From: Desulfatiglandales bacterium
GTDB lineage: Bacteria > Desulfobacterota > DSM-4660 > Desulfatiglandales > Desulfatiglandaceae
Length of the DNA stretch: 64,000 nt
NCBI GenBank assembly: GCA_963662465.1
Contig: OY759599.1
Span: 7,744,001 to 7,808,000 of the forward strand
Direction of reading: 5' to 3'
Position 1 is the first letter of the stretch, and every line of letters begins with the position of its first letter. The position numbers and the translations under genes were made by a program. This document shows, in pieces, positions 29,385-40,000 of this stretch. The notes beneath the pieces were generated by a model that did not search any database, was not told the DNA's origin, and worked only from the letters and a program-made list of their open reading frames with translations.

Positions 29385-30965
29385 ATGAATTACGCCAAGT
29401 ATGCTACGCTTCACGCTCGTCATCAGCCTGACAAGGAATGTCTTGTTGAACGGACGCCTTCCTTGAATCAGAGAAGGTCTCTTACATGGAGACAGTTCAA
29501 CGATGAGATCAATCGAGTGGCCAACTATCTCTCAAAGGAATTGGACATCAAGTTTGGCGACTATGTTATGCATTTGCAGAATAATTCCCTGGAATGGTTG
29601 ATTACCTATTATGGCATTATTAAGCTCGGCGCCGTGGTGGTTCCACTGAATTTCAGGTTTATGGAGTCTGATATCCTTTATGCCGCGGAGGTGTGTGACC
29701 CTAAGGTTTTTATCATTGGTTCGGAATTTCTTCCGGTGGTGCAGCCCGCTCAGAAAGATCTGACCACCGTTGAAAAATATATTTGCGTAGGCCCCGAAGT
29801 TCCCGATGATATGATTAATTTTAAAACCATCGAAGCCTACGACGACATTTCCGAGGCCTTGGTGGATGTGGACGATCAGCATGACTTGGCCATGATGTTT
29901 ACTTCCGGCACTACGGGAAAACCTAAACCCGTGCTGCATACCCACTATTCCCTGAACAATACGGCCATTGGAAATGGGATGAGCTATTTTGTGAAAAAAA
30001 ATGACAACTATGTTTTCTTCCTTCCCCTTTACCATAGCGGCACCATGTTTTTGTGGGCGCCCTTCTATGCCACGGGGGCAAAGGGAACCATTCTGCGTGA
30101 GTTTACCGATCCTAAATGGATTATGGAAGCGCTGGCGGAAGAGAAGGGGACGGATATTCTCTTCGTGGTGCCCATCGCCGTTGCCATTTTGAATGCCCTC
30201 AAGGATGGGAAATTGAAACTTGAAAACTATGATCTTTCAGCCTGGCGTCATATGGAGATCGGCGCTCAGCCCGTTCCCTATGATGTGATGAAGAAGCTGG
30301 TGGAAACCCTTCCCGTTGCCGTATCCAATATTTATGGCATTACCGAAGGCGGCGGCGGCGGTCTCTTCAATCTGTATCCGGATGATGTGTTGCGCAAACC
30401 GGGGTCCATTGGAAAACCCACTTTCGGCGTTGAGGGGAAGATTGTTGATTACCACGGAAAGGAACTGCCCCCTGGAGAAGTGGGGGAACTGGTTTTTTCC
30501 ACCCGCAGAATGATGAAGGGGTATTTTAAAAATGAGGAAATGACCCGGGATACCCTCAAGGATGGGTGGCTCTATACTGGAGATCTGTTGCAAACCGATG
30601 AAGAAGGCTTTTTTTACATTGTCGACCGGAAAAAGGACATGATTACCAGCGGGGGTGAAAACATCTTTCCCGTGGAAATCGAAGATGCCCTGATGGAACA
30701 TCCGAAAATCGATGATGTGGCCTGTATCGGCCATCCCGATGAACGCCTCGTTGAGGTTGTGATGGCCATTGTTCAGCTGAAAGCTGGGGAAACCATGACG
30801 GAAGAGGAGGTGCTGGCCTTTGGTAAAACCAAGCTGGCCAAGTATAAACTTCCCAGAAAAATACTTTTTGATAAAGTCATGCGGAATCCCACCGGAAAAT
30901 TGATGAAGCCTCAGATGCGCGAAAAATATACCGGCAGAAGAGAGGCTTTTCAGAAATTAGCATAG
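29385..30965 (+). CDS. Acyl/aryl-CoA synthetase (AMP-binding enzyme)
   Basis: FTSGTTGKPK, YGITEG, TGD, DRKKDMITSGGEN, PTGK. Confidence 0.95.
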   Translation: MNYAKYATLHARHQPDKECLVERTPSLNQRRSLTWRQFNDEINRVANYLSKELDIKFGDYVMHLQNNSLEWLITYYGIIKLGAVVVPLNFRFMESDILYAAEVCDPKVFIIGSEFLPVVQPAQKDLTTVEKYICVGPEVPDDMINFKTIEAYDDISEALVDVDDQHDLAMMFTSGTTGKPKPVLHTHYSLNNTAIGNGMSYFVKKNDNYVFFLPLYHSGTMFLWAPFYATGAKGTILREFTDPKWIMEALAEEKGTDILFVVPIAVAILNALKDGKLKLENYDLSAWRHMEIGAQPVPYDVMKKLVETLPVAVSNIYGITEGGGGGLFNLYPDDVLRKPGSIGKPTFGVEGKIVDYHGKELPPGEVGELVFSTRRMMKGYFKNEEMTRDTLKDGWLYTGDLLQTDEEGFFYIVDRKKDMITSGGENIFPVEIEDALMEHPKIDDVACIGHPDERLVEVVMAIVQLKAGETMTEEEVLAFGKTKLAKYKLPRKILFDKVMRNPTGKLMKPQMREKYTGRREAFQKLA

Positions 30966-30983
30966 GGCTTTTCAACCAGGATT

Positions 30984-31019
30984 AAAAAAAGAGGCGGCAT
31001 TTTGCCGCCTCTTTTTTTT
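30984..31019 (+). terminator. Intrinsic (potentially bidirectional) terminator
   Basis: A7-GAGGCGGCA-ttt-TGCCGCCTC-T8. Confidence 0.88.
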
Positions 31020-31044
31020 CGATGTGTATCGAGGGGAGTTTTTT

Positions 31045-33252
31045 ATGATGGACCCAAAATACGGCATTTGCGGTATCTGTTTTCACAGCCCCGGTTGTGG
31101 CGTCATCGTTCATTTTGATGAAGATCATAAAATCGAGCGGCTGGAACCGGACCCGGGTGCGCCGATGGGCAATATCCTTTGCCCCATTGCAAACAGCGTT
31201 AAAGAAATAATTTATGGCGATGCCCGGTTAACCCACCCTTTAAGACGGGTAGGGCCGAAGGGAACCCATAATTTCGAAAAAATTTCATGGGATGAGGCGT
31301 TTGAGGTTATTGTCCATAGGCTGAATGATTTGAAAGAAAAATTTGGACCTGAAACCGTCGGTTTTTATGCCGGCACCGGTTCCTATGAAAGGTCATTTAA
31401 AGATGTTTTTCAATTAAAAGGTTCGGAGATCTATCTGGCTTCCAGCGTGTTGTTTCCTTTTGGTTCCCCCAACACCTTCGGCGTCGGCGCCCCGTGTTTT
31501 ACTTCTTTAGGCGTTATTGCACCCAAACTGACCATGGGATGTGTGCAGTACGATATGTTTTCGGATGTGGATAATGCGGAATTGATTGTCGTATGGGGTA
31601 CCGACCCTTCTACTTCGACGCCGCCTGCGATGTTTGAACGGTTGAAGGCGGCATCGGAGGAAGGCGCCGACATTATTGTGATCGATCCCAGAAAAACCAA
31701 AACCGCAGAGCTGGAAGGGAGCGACTGGATTCCCATCAGGCCGGGGTCGGATGGCGCCCTGGCGTTGGGTTTGGCCCATATCCTCATTCGGGATAACCTT
31801 TATGACAAAGACTTCGTGAAGGACTGGACCATTGGTTTTGATGAGTTTGCCGCCTATGTAAAGGCCTTTACCCCTGAATATGTATCGGCCGTAACGGGTA
31901 TTGAAGCGCGTAAAATTGAATATCTGGCGGAAAGTATCGTTGATGCGGAAGGTGCTTCCTATGTCATGTATACGGGACTTGAATATACGAAAAGCGGTGT
32001 TCAGAACATCCGGGCGGTTATGGTGTTATGGGCACTGGCGGGCCAACTGGATGTGGAGGGGGGGCGCTGTTTTTTGAGAAGGGAGAACAGCATTCCTCTG
32101 ACCAGGGACAGGCAGATCGAAACGCCGGGTTATGATAAATCCATCGGTGGGGATAAGTTTCCCGTGTATTCCTATTACTGTGGCGGAGAACCCCATGCTG
32201 CTCTTTTACCCAAATCCATTATCGACGGCGACCCGTACAAAATCAGGGGGTTGTTTGTTTTGGGGGCTTCCCTTTTGACCTCATGGCCTAATCCCGGTCT
32301 TTGGCGGAAGGCATTGAAAGAATTGGAGTTTATGGTAACCATCAATTTGCAGCTCACCGAGGATGCGGCCTATGCCGATATCGTATTGCCGGCGACAACG
32401 GCCTTTGAGCAGGAATCATACTGCTATTATGGAAACGCCATAAGATTGAGAGAAAAGATGATAGAACCCGTGGACGAAGCCAGGTCGAACTATGACATCC
32501 TGTCTGAATTGGCCCAGCGGCTTGGATATGGGCATCTGTATCCCCGGAAACCTGAAGAAATTCTGGAATATATTCTCGGTGGTTCCGGGGTTACGGTTCA
32601 GGCATTAAGGGATGCCGAAAAACATGTGATTTATGGCGATAGAAAAAAGATGGTCTATCGAAAATGGGAGAAAGGGTTGCTGAGATTTGACGGCAAACCG
32701 GGGTTTGAAACGCCCTCCGGTAAATTTGAGATCAAATCGACCGTGTTGGAACGATTCGGTTATGAGGGGCTTCCCAAATATGAAGAATCGGATGAGACGC
32801 CCCTCAGTAATCCGAAGATGTATGAAAAATATCCACTGATTTTAGGAACGGGCCCTTTTAAGCCTGACATGAAATCATCTTTACGGGGAATCCCCGCTTT
32901 TATGGAAAAGTATCCTTACCCCGTTGTTCAAATAAATCCTTTCGATGCCGGGGATCGTCGTATTAAAACGGGTGACAGGGTGTCCATCAAGACGGCGCGG
33001 GATTCCGTATTCATGAGAGCCTTTGTGACGGACAAAATAATGAAAGGCTATGTCTATGCGCCTGTTGGGGGCGGCGGTCCTCTGGGCACGGATGAATGGC
33101 AGGCGGCCAATGTGAATTGCTTGACGGATTCCGAGCAATTTGACGCCATATCAGGTTTTCCCATCTACAAAACGCTGCTGTGTCAGGTGAAAAAGAAACG
33201 ACAGCGTAAAAGAATTGCCGTTCAAGATCCAACTTTAGGGTGTGTGGGATAA
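31045..33252 (+). CDS. Molybdopterin (bis-MGD) oxidoreductase, DMSO-reductase superfamily, cytoplasmic
   Basis: CGIC..PGC...C 4Fe-4S motif, RLTHPLRR, ISWDEA, VIDPRKT, IRPGSDGAL, ADIVLPA, TPSGKFE; no Tat signal. Confidence 0.92.
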   Translation: MMDPKYGICGICFHSPGCGVIVHFDEDHKIERLEPDPGAPMGNILCPIANSVKEIIYGDARLTHPLRRVGPKGTHNFEKISWDEAFEVIVHRLNDLKEKFGPETVGFYAGTGSYERSFKDVFQLKGSEIYLASSVLFPFGSPNTFGVGAPCFTSLGVIAPKLTMGCVQYDMFSDVDNAELIVVWGTDPSTSTPPAMFERLKAASEEGADIIVIDPRKTKTAELEGSDWIPIRPGSDGALALGLAHILIRDNLYDKDFVKDWTIGFDEFAAYVKAFTPEYVSAVTGIEARKIEYLAESIVDAEGASYVMYTGLEYTKSGVQNIRAVMVLWALAGQLDVEGGRCFLRRENSIPLTRDRQIETPGYDKSIGGDKFPVYSYYCGGEPHAALLPKSIIDGDPYKIRGLFVLGASLLTSWPNPGLWRKALKELEFMVTINLQLTEDAAYADIVLPATTAFEQESYCYYGNAIRLREKMIEPVDEARSNYDILSELAQRLGYGHLYPRKPEEILEYILGGSGVTVQALRDAEKHVIYGDRKKMVYRKWEKGLLRFDGKPGFETPSGKFEIKSTVLERFGYEGLPKYEESDETPLSNPKMYEKYPLILGTGPFKPDMKSSLRGIPAFMEKYPYPVVQINPFDAGDRRIKTGDRVSIKTARDSVFMRAFVTDKIMKGYVYAPVGGGGPLGTDEWQAANVNCLTDSEQFDAISGFPIYKTLLCQVKKKRQRKRIAVQDPTLGCVG

Positions 33253-33284
33253 ATCGAGAATGTCGGCGCCGATCATGATTAGGT

Positions 33285-35054
33285 TTATGGGTTTGAGTCT
33301 TCATTAAAATAAAATTTTCCCGAACGAAACAGTTCTAAGCAGGTATCTGCAACGGCGTGATCGTAAAGGATGCCTTTCTTCGCTTCAATCTCCTGAAGTG
33401 CCTTTTCAATGCCCAGGGATGCCCTGTAGGGCCTGTGGGAGGCCATGGCCTCCACCACGTCGGCTACCGCAATGATTTTGGCCTCCAACAGAATGGCATT
33501 GCCCGATAACCCTTTGGGATATCCGGACCCATTGATGCGCTCATGGTGTTGAAGTACGATTTCGGAAATGGGCCATGGAAAATTGATATTTTTGAGAATA
33601 TTGTACCCTGCCTCGGAATGGGTTCGGATCAGGTCGATTTCGGGTCTGATCAGTTTCCCTGGTTTGCTGAGGATTTCCGCAGGAACATTGATTTTTCCAA
33701 TGTCGTGTACCAGCGAGGCCAGTCGTAGCCCTTGAAGCCGGTCCTGGTCAATATTCATCTCACGGGCGATGGCGCAGGCGATTTCCGTTACCCTGCGCTG
33801 GTGTCCTGCTGTATAGGGATCCTTCATTTCAAAGGCGGATGCCAGGGAAATAACGGCTTCTTCAAGATTATTGCTTAACCTGATAATGCCTTCTCTGATC
33901 TTTTTCTCCGCACCTTTCCGTTCACTGATGTCTCTCAGGGTTACGATGTGGGCCGGCATTCCCTTGAACATGATATTGGTGCCAAGGCTTTCAACCTCTT
34001 TTTCATCGCCGCTGGGGGTGATGATTCGATATTCATTCAGAATCCTGACATGACGTCTGTTTACCATGAGGTAATTTTTGATGACCGATCTCATATGGTT
34101 TGGGTGGATAAAATTCGCAACGCGCTTGCCAACGGCCTCTTGTGGGGATTTCATGCCGGCGAGTTTTGCTGCGGCGTTATTGGCAAAGAGAATTTTGCCG
34201 CTGCGGGCAATGATCACCGCGGCATCCAGCATGTTGTCCACAAGAGAACGAACCAGTTCCTGACTTTCTCTCAGCTCCAGCTCTTTTCGCTTACGTTCCG
34301 TAATGTCGTTGATGATGATAACGGCATGATCCTGAAGTGGAATGAGATTCAGTGTGGTAAGACGTCCGCAAAACAAGACGGGCGATTCTTCGTTAATTTC
34401 TTCTTTGTTTCGGTTCAGCAATTCCGTGACCCGGGTCTGATGTTCCTCCGCAAAGAGCGCCGTGAATTTAATCCCCAGCAGATCGCTTTCCGATAGACCG
34501 GCCAGGAATCGGGCGCTTGCGTTTACGGAAACGATTCTCCCATCGGCTTCGATCTCCAGGATGCCCTCTTTCATTTTTTCGAGAATGATTTCAAAATGCT
34601 GTTTTGCGGAAAGTAATTCCTGGGTGATTTTTCTCGGCCACATGTATTTAGCGCCAAGGACTTCGCCCATGCGGCATTTTTGGCGATGTTTTTCGGGATT
34701 TTGAGTCACAGAGAGAATAATCCGGCCCATCCCGGAAAAAGGTCCCTTGGCAATCAGGATATCCGCACCCAGCGCAATGATGTCGACCTTTTCTTCCGCT
34801 GCCAGGGCGGATATAACGGCAATGCAGCAATGTTCCTGGTGTTTCATTTTGCGAACGGCACGGCAGAGTTGCCGACCATCGATATTGGGCATGACCAGGT
34901 CCACAAAGATTATGTCCGGGAGGTAGTTTACCAGGATGTCCAAGGCTTCCAAGCCGTCTTCGGCCACCTGGACCTCATGCCCATTTTCCTGAAGCAGGTC
35001 CCTGATAAATTCAAGGATCAGTTTATCATTATCGACAACGAGAATTTTCTTCAT
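33285..35054 (-). CDS. REC-PAS-PAS-HD-GYP signalling protein (c-di-GMP phosphodiesterase type)
   Basis: KILVVDND/DLVMP, two PAS domains (DITERK, DISERK), KDPYTAGH, HDIGK, HHERINGSGYP. Confidence 0.93.
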   Translation of the reverse strand: MKKILVVDNDKLILEFIRDLLQENGHEVQVAEDGLEALDILVNYLPDIIFVDLVMPNIDGRQLCRAVRKMKHQEHCCIAVISALAAEEKVDIIALGADILIAKGPFSGMGRIILSVTQNPEKHRQKCRMGEVLGAKYMWPRKITQELLSAKQHFEIILEKMKEGILEIEADGRIVSVNASARFLAGLSESDLLGIKFTALFAEEHQTRVTELLNRNKEEINEESPVLFCGRLTTLNLIPLQDHAVIIINDITERKRKELELRESQELVRSLVDNMLDAAVIIARSGKILFANNAAAKLAGMKSPQEAVGKRVANFIHPNHMRSVIKNYLMVNRRHVRILNEYRIITPSGDEKEVESLGTNIMFKGMPAHIVTLRDISERKGAEKKIREGIIRLSNNLEEAVISLASAFEMKDPYTAGHQRRVTEIACAIAREMNIDQDRLQGLRLASLVHDIGKINVPAEILSKPGKLIRPEIDLIRTHSEAGYNILKNINFPWPISEIVLQHHERINGSGYPKGLSGNAILLEAKIIAVADVVEAMASHRPYRASLGIEKALQEIEAKKGILYDHAVADTCLELFRSGKFYFNEDSNP

Positions 35055-35293
35055 GGGTTTTGCCTTAATAAATTTACATATGAGTAGCATTCAGTTCTCG
35101 GTTGTGTCAATACCAAAGGGGCGCGAATCCGGATGTCCGCATAAATTTGAAGGTGGGCTTCAGATTCACCTTGCATATCGGGAAAAAAAGTGTAAATTGC
35201 TCTTGGGTCCCTACTTTGGTACCTATCATCGCTTACGTCAATTTTTTACAATGGTTCAACATGCAAAGACCCACATATTTCATCAGCCAGCCG

Positions 35294-37096
35294 ATGCTCT
35301 ATCGGAACAACCAGAACTGGTATGGATACAAGAAAATCGACGGAAAAGTTGTTTTTAAGAAGAGCCTTCGAACCACCTCAAAACAGGAAGCCGAAAGCTG
35401 GCTAAGCCGTATGAAGGTTTCTCTTAAAGCAATTGAAGCGAGTAAATCTTTTGCCGACAGTGAATTTTTGCCGGGTCCTGCCATCGGCTGGCTCCATAAG
35501 GACGCGAAGGTCCTTCCTTACGATAAACCGGAGAGTTGGGAAGCCATCAAGAGATTGAATTGTCCCGTTCATATTGTTTTTAAGGACAATTGCCTGGGGC
35601 TCGTCGTCATAAACGGGGACATGCCTGAGGCGATGTTGCGTTCGGATGCGACCATCCCTATTATCGGCAGTTTGGCGGCCTTGCCCGCCGCCAATCTTGG
35701 CGACAGATCCTTTTGTGATGATCACGGAATAGACTATGCTTATTATACCGGGGCCATGGCGAACGGTATCGCTTCCGTCGAAATGGTGGAAGCCGTTGCC
35801 GACTGCGGATTGCTGGGTTTTTTTGGATCGGGGGGGCTTGATCTTGGGGAAATTGGAAGCGCCATTGACCGGCTGACGGAGAGATGTCCGGATAAGCCTT
35901 TCGGATTTAATCTGATACACAGCCCCAACGAGCCGAAGTTGGAAGCGGATACGGTTCAGCTATATCTGGATCGAAATATCCGGCTTGTGGAGGCGGCCGC
36001 CTTTCTTGACGTTACCCTGCCATTGGTGCGATACCGGGTTTCGGGTATTTCACGTGACGATACGGGGCAGGTGGTGACCCCGAATCACGTCATCGCAAAA
36101 TTATCGAGAGAGGAAGTGGCGGAAAAATTTCTCTCTCCGCCACCGAAACATTTTGTCGATGCACTGGTATCCTCCGGTGAACTCAGCTGTGAACAGGCCC
36201 GGATGTGTCTTGAAATCCCCCTGGCCCAGGATATTGCCGCCGAAGCCGATTCGGGGGGACATACGGACAATCGGCCGTCGATGACCCTTTTCCCCACCAT
36301 CCTGGCCCTCAGAGATAGATTGCAGGCGGTATTTAATTTCGCCCAGCCTTCCAGAATCGGGCTGGGCGGCGGGATATCCACCCCATGGTCCGCCGCCGCC
36401 GCCTATGCCATGGGGGCGGCCTTCATTGTGACCGGATCGGTCAACCAGGCCTGTGTTGAGTCGGGCGCCTCCGATGATGTTCGTCAAATGCTGGCTGAGA
36501 CCCGACAGGCGGATGTGGCAATGGCGCCCGCCGCGGACATGTTTGAAATGGGGGTAAAGGTCCAGGTCCTCAAAAGAGGCACCATGTTTGCCATGAGGGC
36601 CGCAAAACTCTATGAGTTATACCGGAATTATGGCGCCATCGAAGAGATCCCCGCGATTGAACGGGAAAAAATTGAAAAATCCATACTGAGATGTTCCTTT
36701 GAAGAGGCCTGGCACGAAACAAAATCCTTTTGGCGATATCGTGATCCCGGGGAGATTGAAAGGGCTTCCACCAATCCGAAACATAAAATGGCGCTCATTT
36801 TCCGTTCATATCTCGGCCGCGCCGCTGTTTGGGCGCGAAACGGCGATGTTTCGCGTAAAATCGACTATCAGATATTTTGCGGACCTGCCATGGGCGCCTT
36901 TAATGAATGGGCCAAAGACAGCTTTTTGGCAATTCCTGAAAACCGTAAAATTGCAACGGTTGCCTTGAATATTCTTTATGGGGCTGCGTTTTTAAGACGT
37001 TGCAATTACATTCAAAATATGGGGATTTCTCTTCCTGAAAAACTCAAAAGGATAAAACCCCTTCAATTAGGCCAGGTTTTGGAGTACCTGAAGTGA
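35294..37096 (+). CDS. pfaD: PfaD-family enoyl reductase with an N-terminal extension; start uncertain (35261/35294/35411)
   Basis: GAMANGIAS, NLIHSP, EADSGGHTDNRP, TGSVNQ, MAPAADMFEMGVKVQVLKRGT, DYQIFCGPAMG. Confidence 0.95.
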   Translation: MLYRNNQNWYGYKKIDGKVVFKKSLRTTSKQEAESWLSRMKVSLKAIEASKSFADSEFLPGPAIGWLHKDAKVLPYDKPESWEAIKRLNCPVHIVFKDNCLGLVVINGDMPEAMLRSDATIPIIGSLAALPAANLGDRSFCDDHGIDYAYYTGAMANGIASVEMVEAVADCGLLGFFGSGGLDLGEIGSAIDRLTERCPDKPFGFNLIHSPNEPKLEADTVQLYLDRNIRLVEAAAFLDVTLPLVRYRVSGISRDDTGQVVTPNHVIAKLSREEVAEKFLSPPPKHFVDALVSSGELSCEQARMCLEIPLAQDIAAEADSGGHTDNRPSMTLFPTILALRDRLQAVFNFAQPSRIGLGGGISTPWSAAAAYAMGAAFIVTGSVNQACVESGASDDVRQMLAETRQADVAMAPAADMFEMGVKVQVLKRGTMFAMRAAKLYELYRNYGAIEEIPAIEREKIEKSILRCSFEEAWHETKSFWRYRDPGEIERASTNPKHKMALIFRSYLGRAAVWARNGDVSRKIDYQIFCGPAMGAFNEWAKDSFLAIPENRKIATVALNILYGAAFLRRCNYIQNMGISLPEKLKRIKPLQLGQVLEYLK

Positions 37097-40000
37097 AAAC
37101 GATAAAAAATAACAAAAAAAACGCTGCGATAACCGGATGTGAACCGATTGCCGTCATTGGCATCGGTTGCATTTTCCCCCGGGCGAACAACCATGGCGCC
37201 TACTGGGCCAATCTTAAAAACGGCGTGGATGCCATAAGGGATATCCCTGAAGGACATTGGCGGATTGACGACTACTATTCCGCCGATCCTTCTTCCCAGG
37301 ACCATACCCATGCAAAGCGGGGCGGTTTTTTGTCTCCCATTGATTTTGTTCCCCTCGAATTCGGCATTACCCCCAATGCCATCGAGGCCACGGACACCTC
37401 TCAACTGCTCGGCATGGTCGCGGCCAAACAGGCGCTTCTTGACGCAGGGTATAATGATGCGGACCGTTACGACAAGGATCGCGTCAGCGTCATCCTCGGC
37501 GTAACGGGCGCTTTGGAATTGACCATCACCCTCGGCGCCCGCCTGGGCCATCCCAAATGGCGAAAAGCCCTGAGGGATGAAGGGTTGGACGACGCCCTTT
37601 CGGCTAAGATCATTAACCGTATCTCGGAACAGTATGTCCCCTGGCAGGAAAATTCCTTCCCCGGTCTTTTGGGAAATGTGGTGGCGGGCCGGATCGCCAA
37701 TTATCTCGATCTGGGAGGGACCAACTGTGTCGTGGATGCCGCATGCGCCAGCTCTTTTTCCGCCATACACCTGGCCATCATGGAATTGCAGACGGGAAGG
37801 GCCGACATGGCGATCAGCGGCGGCATTGATACCTTTAACGACGTTTTTATGTACACGTGCTTCGGCAAAACCATGGCCCTTTCTCCCACCAGCGATGCCA
37901 AACCCTTTGACAAGGATGCGGACGGTACGATTCTGGGGGAGGGTATCGGCATTGTGGTGTTAAAATGCCTTAAGGATGCAAAACGGGACAAAGACAACAT
38001 ATACGCCGTCATTCGCGCCATCGGCACGTCCAGTGACGGAAAAGGAAAAGCCATCTATGCGCCGAGCGCACAAGGCCAGGTCAAAGCCATTCGCCGGGCT
38101 TACCGACTGGCCGATGTCGACCCTTCCACCATCGATCTGCTTGAGGCCCATGGCACCGGGACAAAGGTCGGCGATGCCGTTGAGGTTAAAGCGATTACCG
38201 AAGTGTATCAAAATGGCGCCGGCGCGCCCTGGTGCGCCATCGGTTCCGTAAAATCCCAGATCGGTCATGCCAAAGCCGCCGCCGGGGCCGCCGGATTGAT
38301 CAAGGCGGCCCTTGCCCTCCATCATAAAGTTCTGCCGCCCACCATCAAAGTGACAACCCCGACGCCGGCCCTTCGCGACAACAGTCCGTTTTACATCAAT
38401 CAGGTTCCCAAACCGTGGGTGAGGCGCCCTGAACATCCCCGACGGGCGGCAGTAAGCGCTTTTGGATTTGGCGGAAGTAATTTTCACTGCGTGCTGGAGG
38501 AATATGACGCCGAAAAAACCGCTTCCGATTTTGATGGCGCCACTGAAATTCTGGCTGTTTCCGCCGACACGCCGAAAGGTCTTATGGGGGCGCTGGATGG
38601 GATTCACCCCGGATCATCATGGGAAGACCTTTCGAGGTTGTTTAAAAAGATGAGAGCCGGGTTTAATGCGCAACATCCCTATCGATTGACTGCCGTCATC
38701 AAGGAAGACGACGATATGGACGCCCTCATGACGCGCATCGGAAAAACCCTTGAAAGCGAGCCCAACGATTGCCGATGGTCCCTGCCGGAAGGGGTCTATT
38801 TCGGTCTGGACGCGTTCAAGGGTAAGCTGGGATTTCTCTTTCCCGGGCAGGGATCTCAATATGTGGGGATGCTTCGGGAGATGAGTTGTCAGTTTCCGCA
38901 AATGCTCTCGTCGCTGGAAGCGGCCGACCTGGCCTTACGGGAAAAAACGCCATTGAAAACCCGTATCAGCGATATCATTTACCCGCCCTATGCCTTTACT
39001 GAAGACGAAAAGAAAGCCCGGCAGCTGGCCCTCAGGTCAACGGATATGGCGCAGCCGGCCATCGGCGCTGTAAGCGCTGGGCTTTGTAAGGTGTTGGCGT
39101 CTTTTGGGGTCAGGCCCGATGTTGTGGCGGGCCACAGTTATGGAGAAGTCGTAGCGCTTTTTGCTGCCAAGATCCTGGATGAGCAATCCCTCTTTGATAT
39201 TTCCGTACTCCGTGGGATGCTCATGGATTCGGGCAGGTCGGACGGGGGTGGCATGGTTGCGGTCATTGCGTCCTTGCGGAAGGTCGAAGCGGTTCTTCGA
39301 GAAACAGGGCTTGATGTTGTGATTGCCAATAAAAACGCGCCGAACCAGGTGGTCCTTTCAGGGGATAAACCTGATTTGGAAAGGGCGAAGGTGGAATTCA
39401 AAAAAAGGAAAATCCCATGCAAATCGCTTCCCGTGGCCAATGCGTTTCACAGCAGGGCCGTGTCGGATGCAGCGGGTGAGTTTCTGGAAGGGCTTAAAAA
39501 GATTGCCTTTTCAAAGGGGGAGATCCCTGTTTTTTCAAACACCACCGGCAGGAAATATTCTGCAACCGCCGGGGCCGCCCGTGAGCTTCTTGCGAACCAA
39601 CTGGCGAAACCCGTTGATTTTATGTCGATGATTCAAAACATGTACGCGGACGGTGTGCGAACCTTCGTGGAAGTGGGTCCGGGCGCCGTCTTGAAGGGGC
39701 TTGTGAGTTCAATCCTCGGCGACAAAGCGCATGTTTGCCTGGGCCTGGATAGCCACTCTTCAAAGCAATCGGGCGTTGTTGCTTTTGCACGTGTTCTGGC
39801 CTATCTATCCGCCCAGGGATATCCGGTTGATCTCAACCAGTGGAACATGAATCTTAAAGACGCGGAGCCGTTTGCCTCAATTAAACCAAAGATGACGGTG
39901 CCCATATCAGGCGTCAACCATGTTTCCAAAAGAGTATTGACGCCGCCTGAACCCAAGACAAAGCTGATACAATCCAAACCACAACCTGGGCCCGGAACAC

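Noticed and set aside
35102..35293. Longest-ORF start for pfaD at 35102
   Set aside because: Non-ATG start, no RBS, and it would fill the divergent promoter region.
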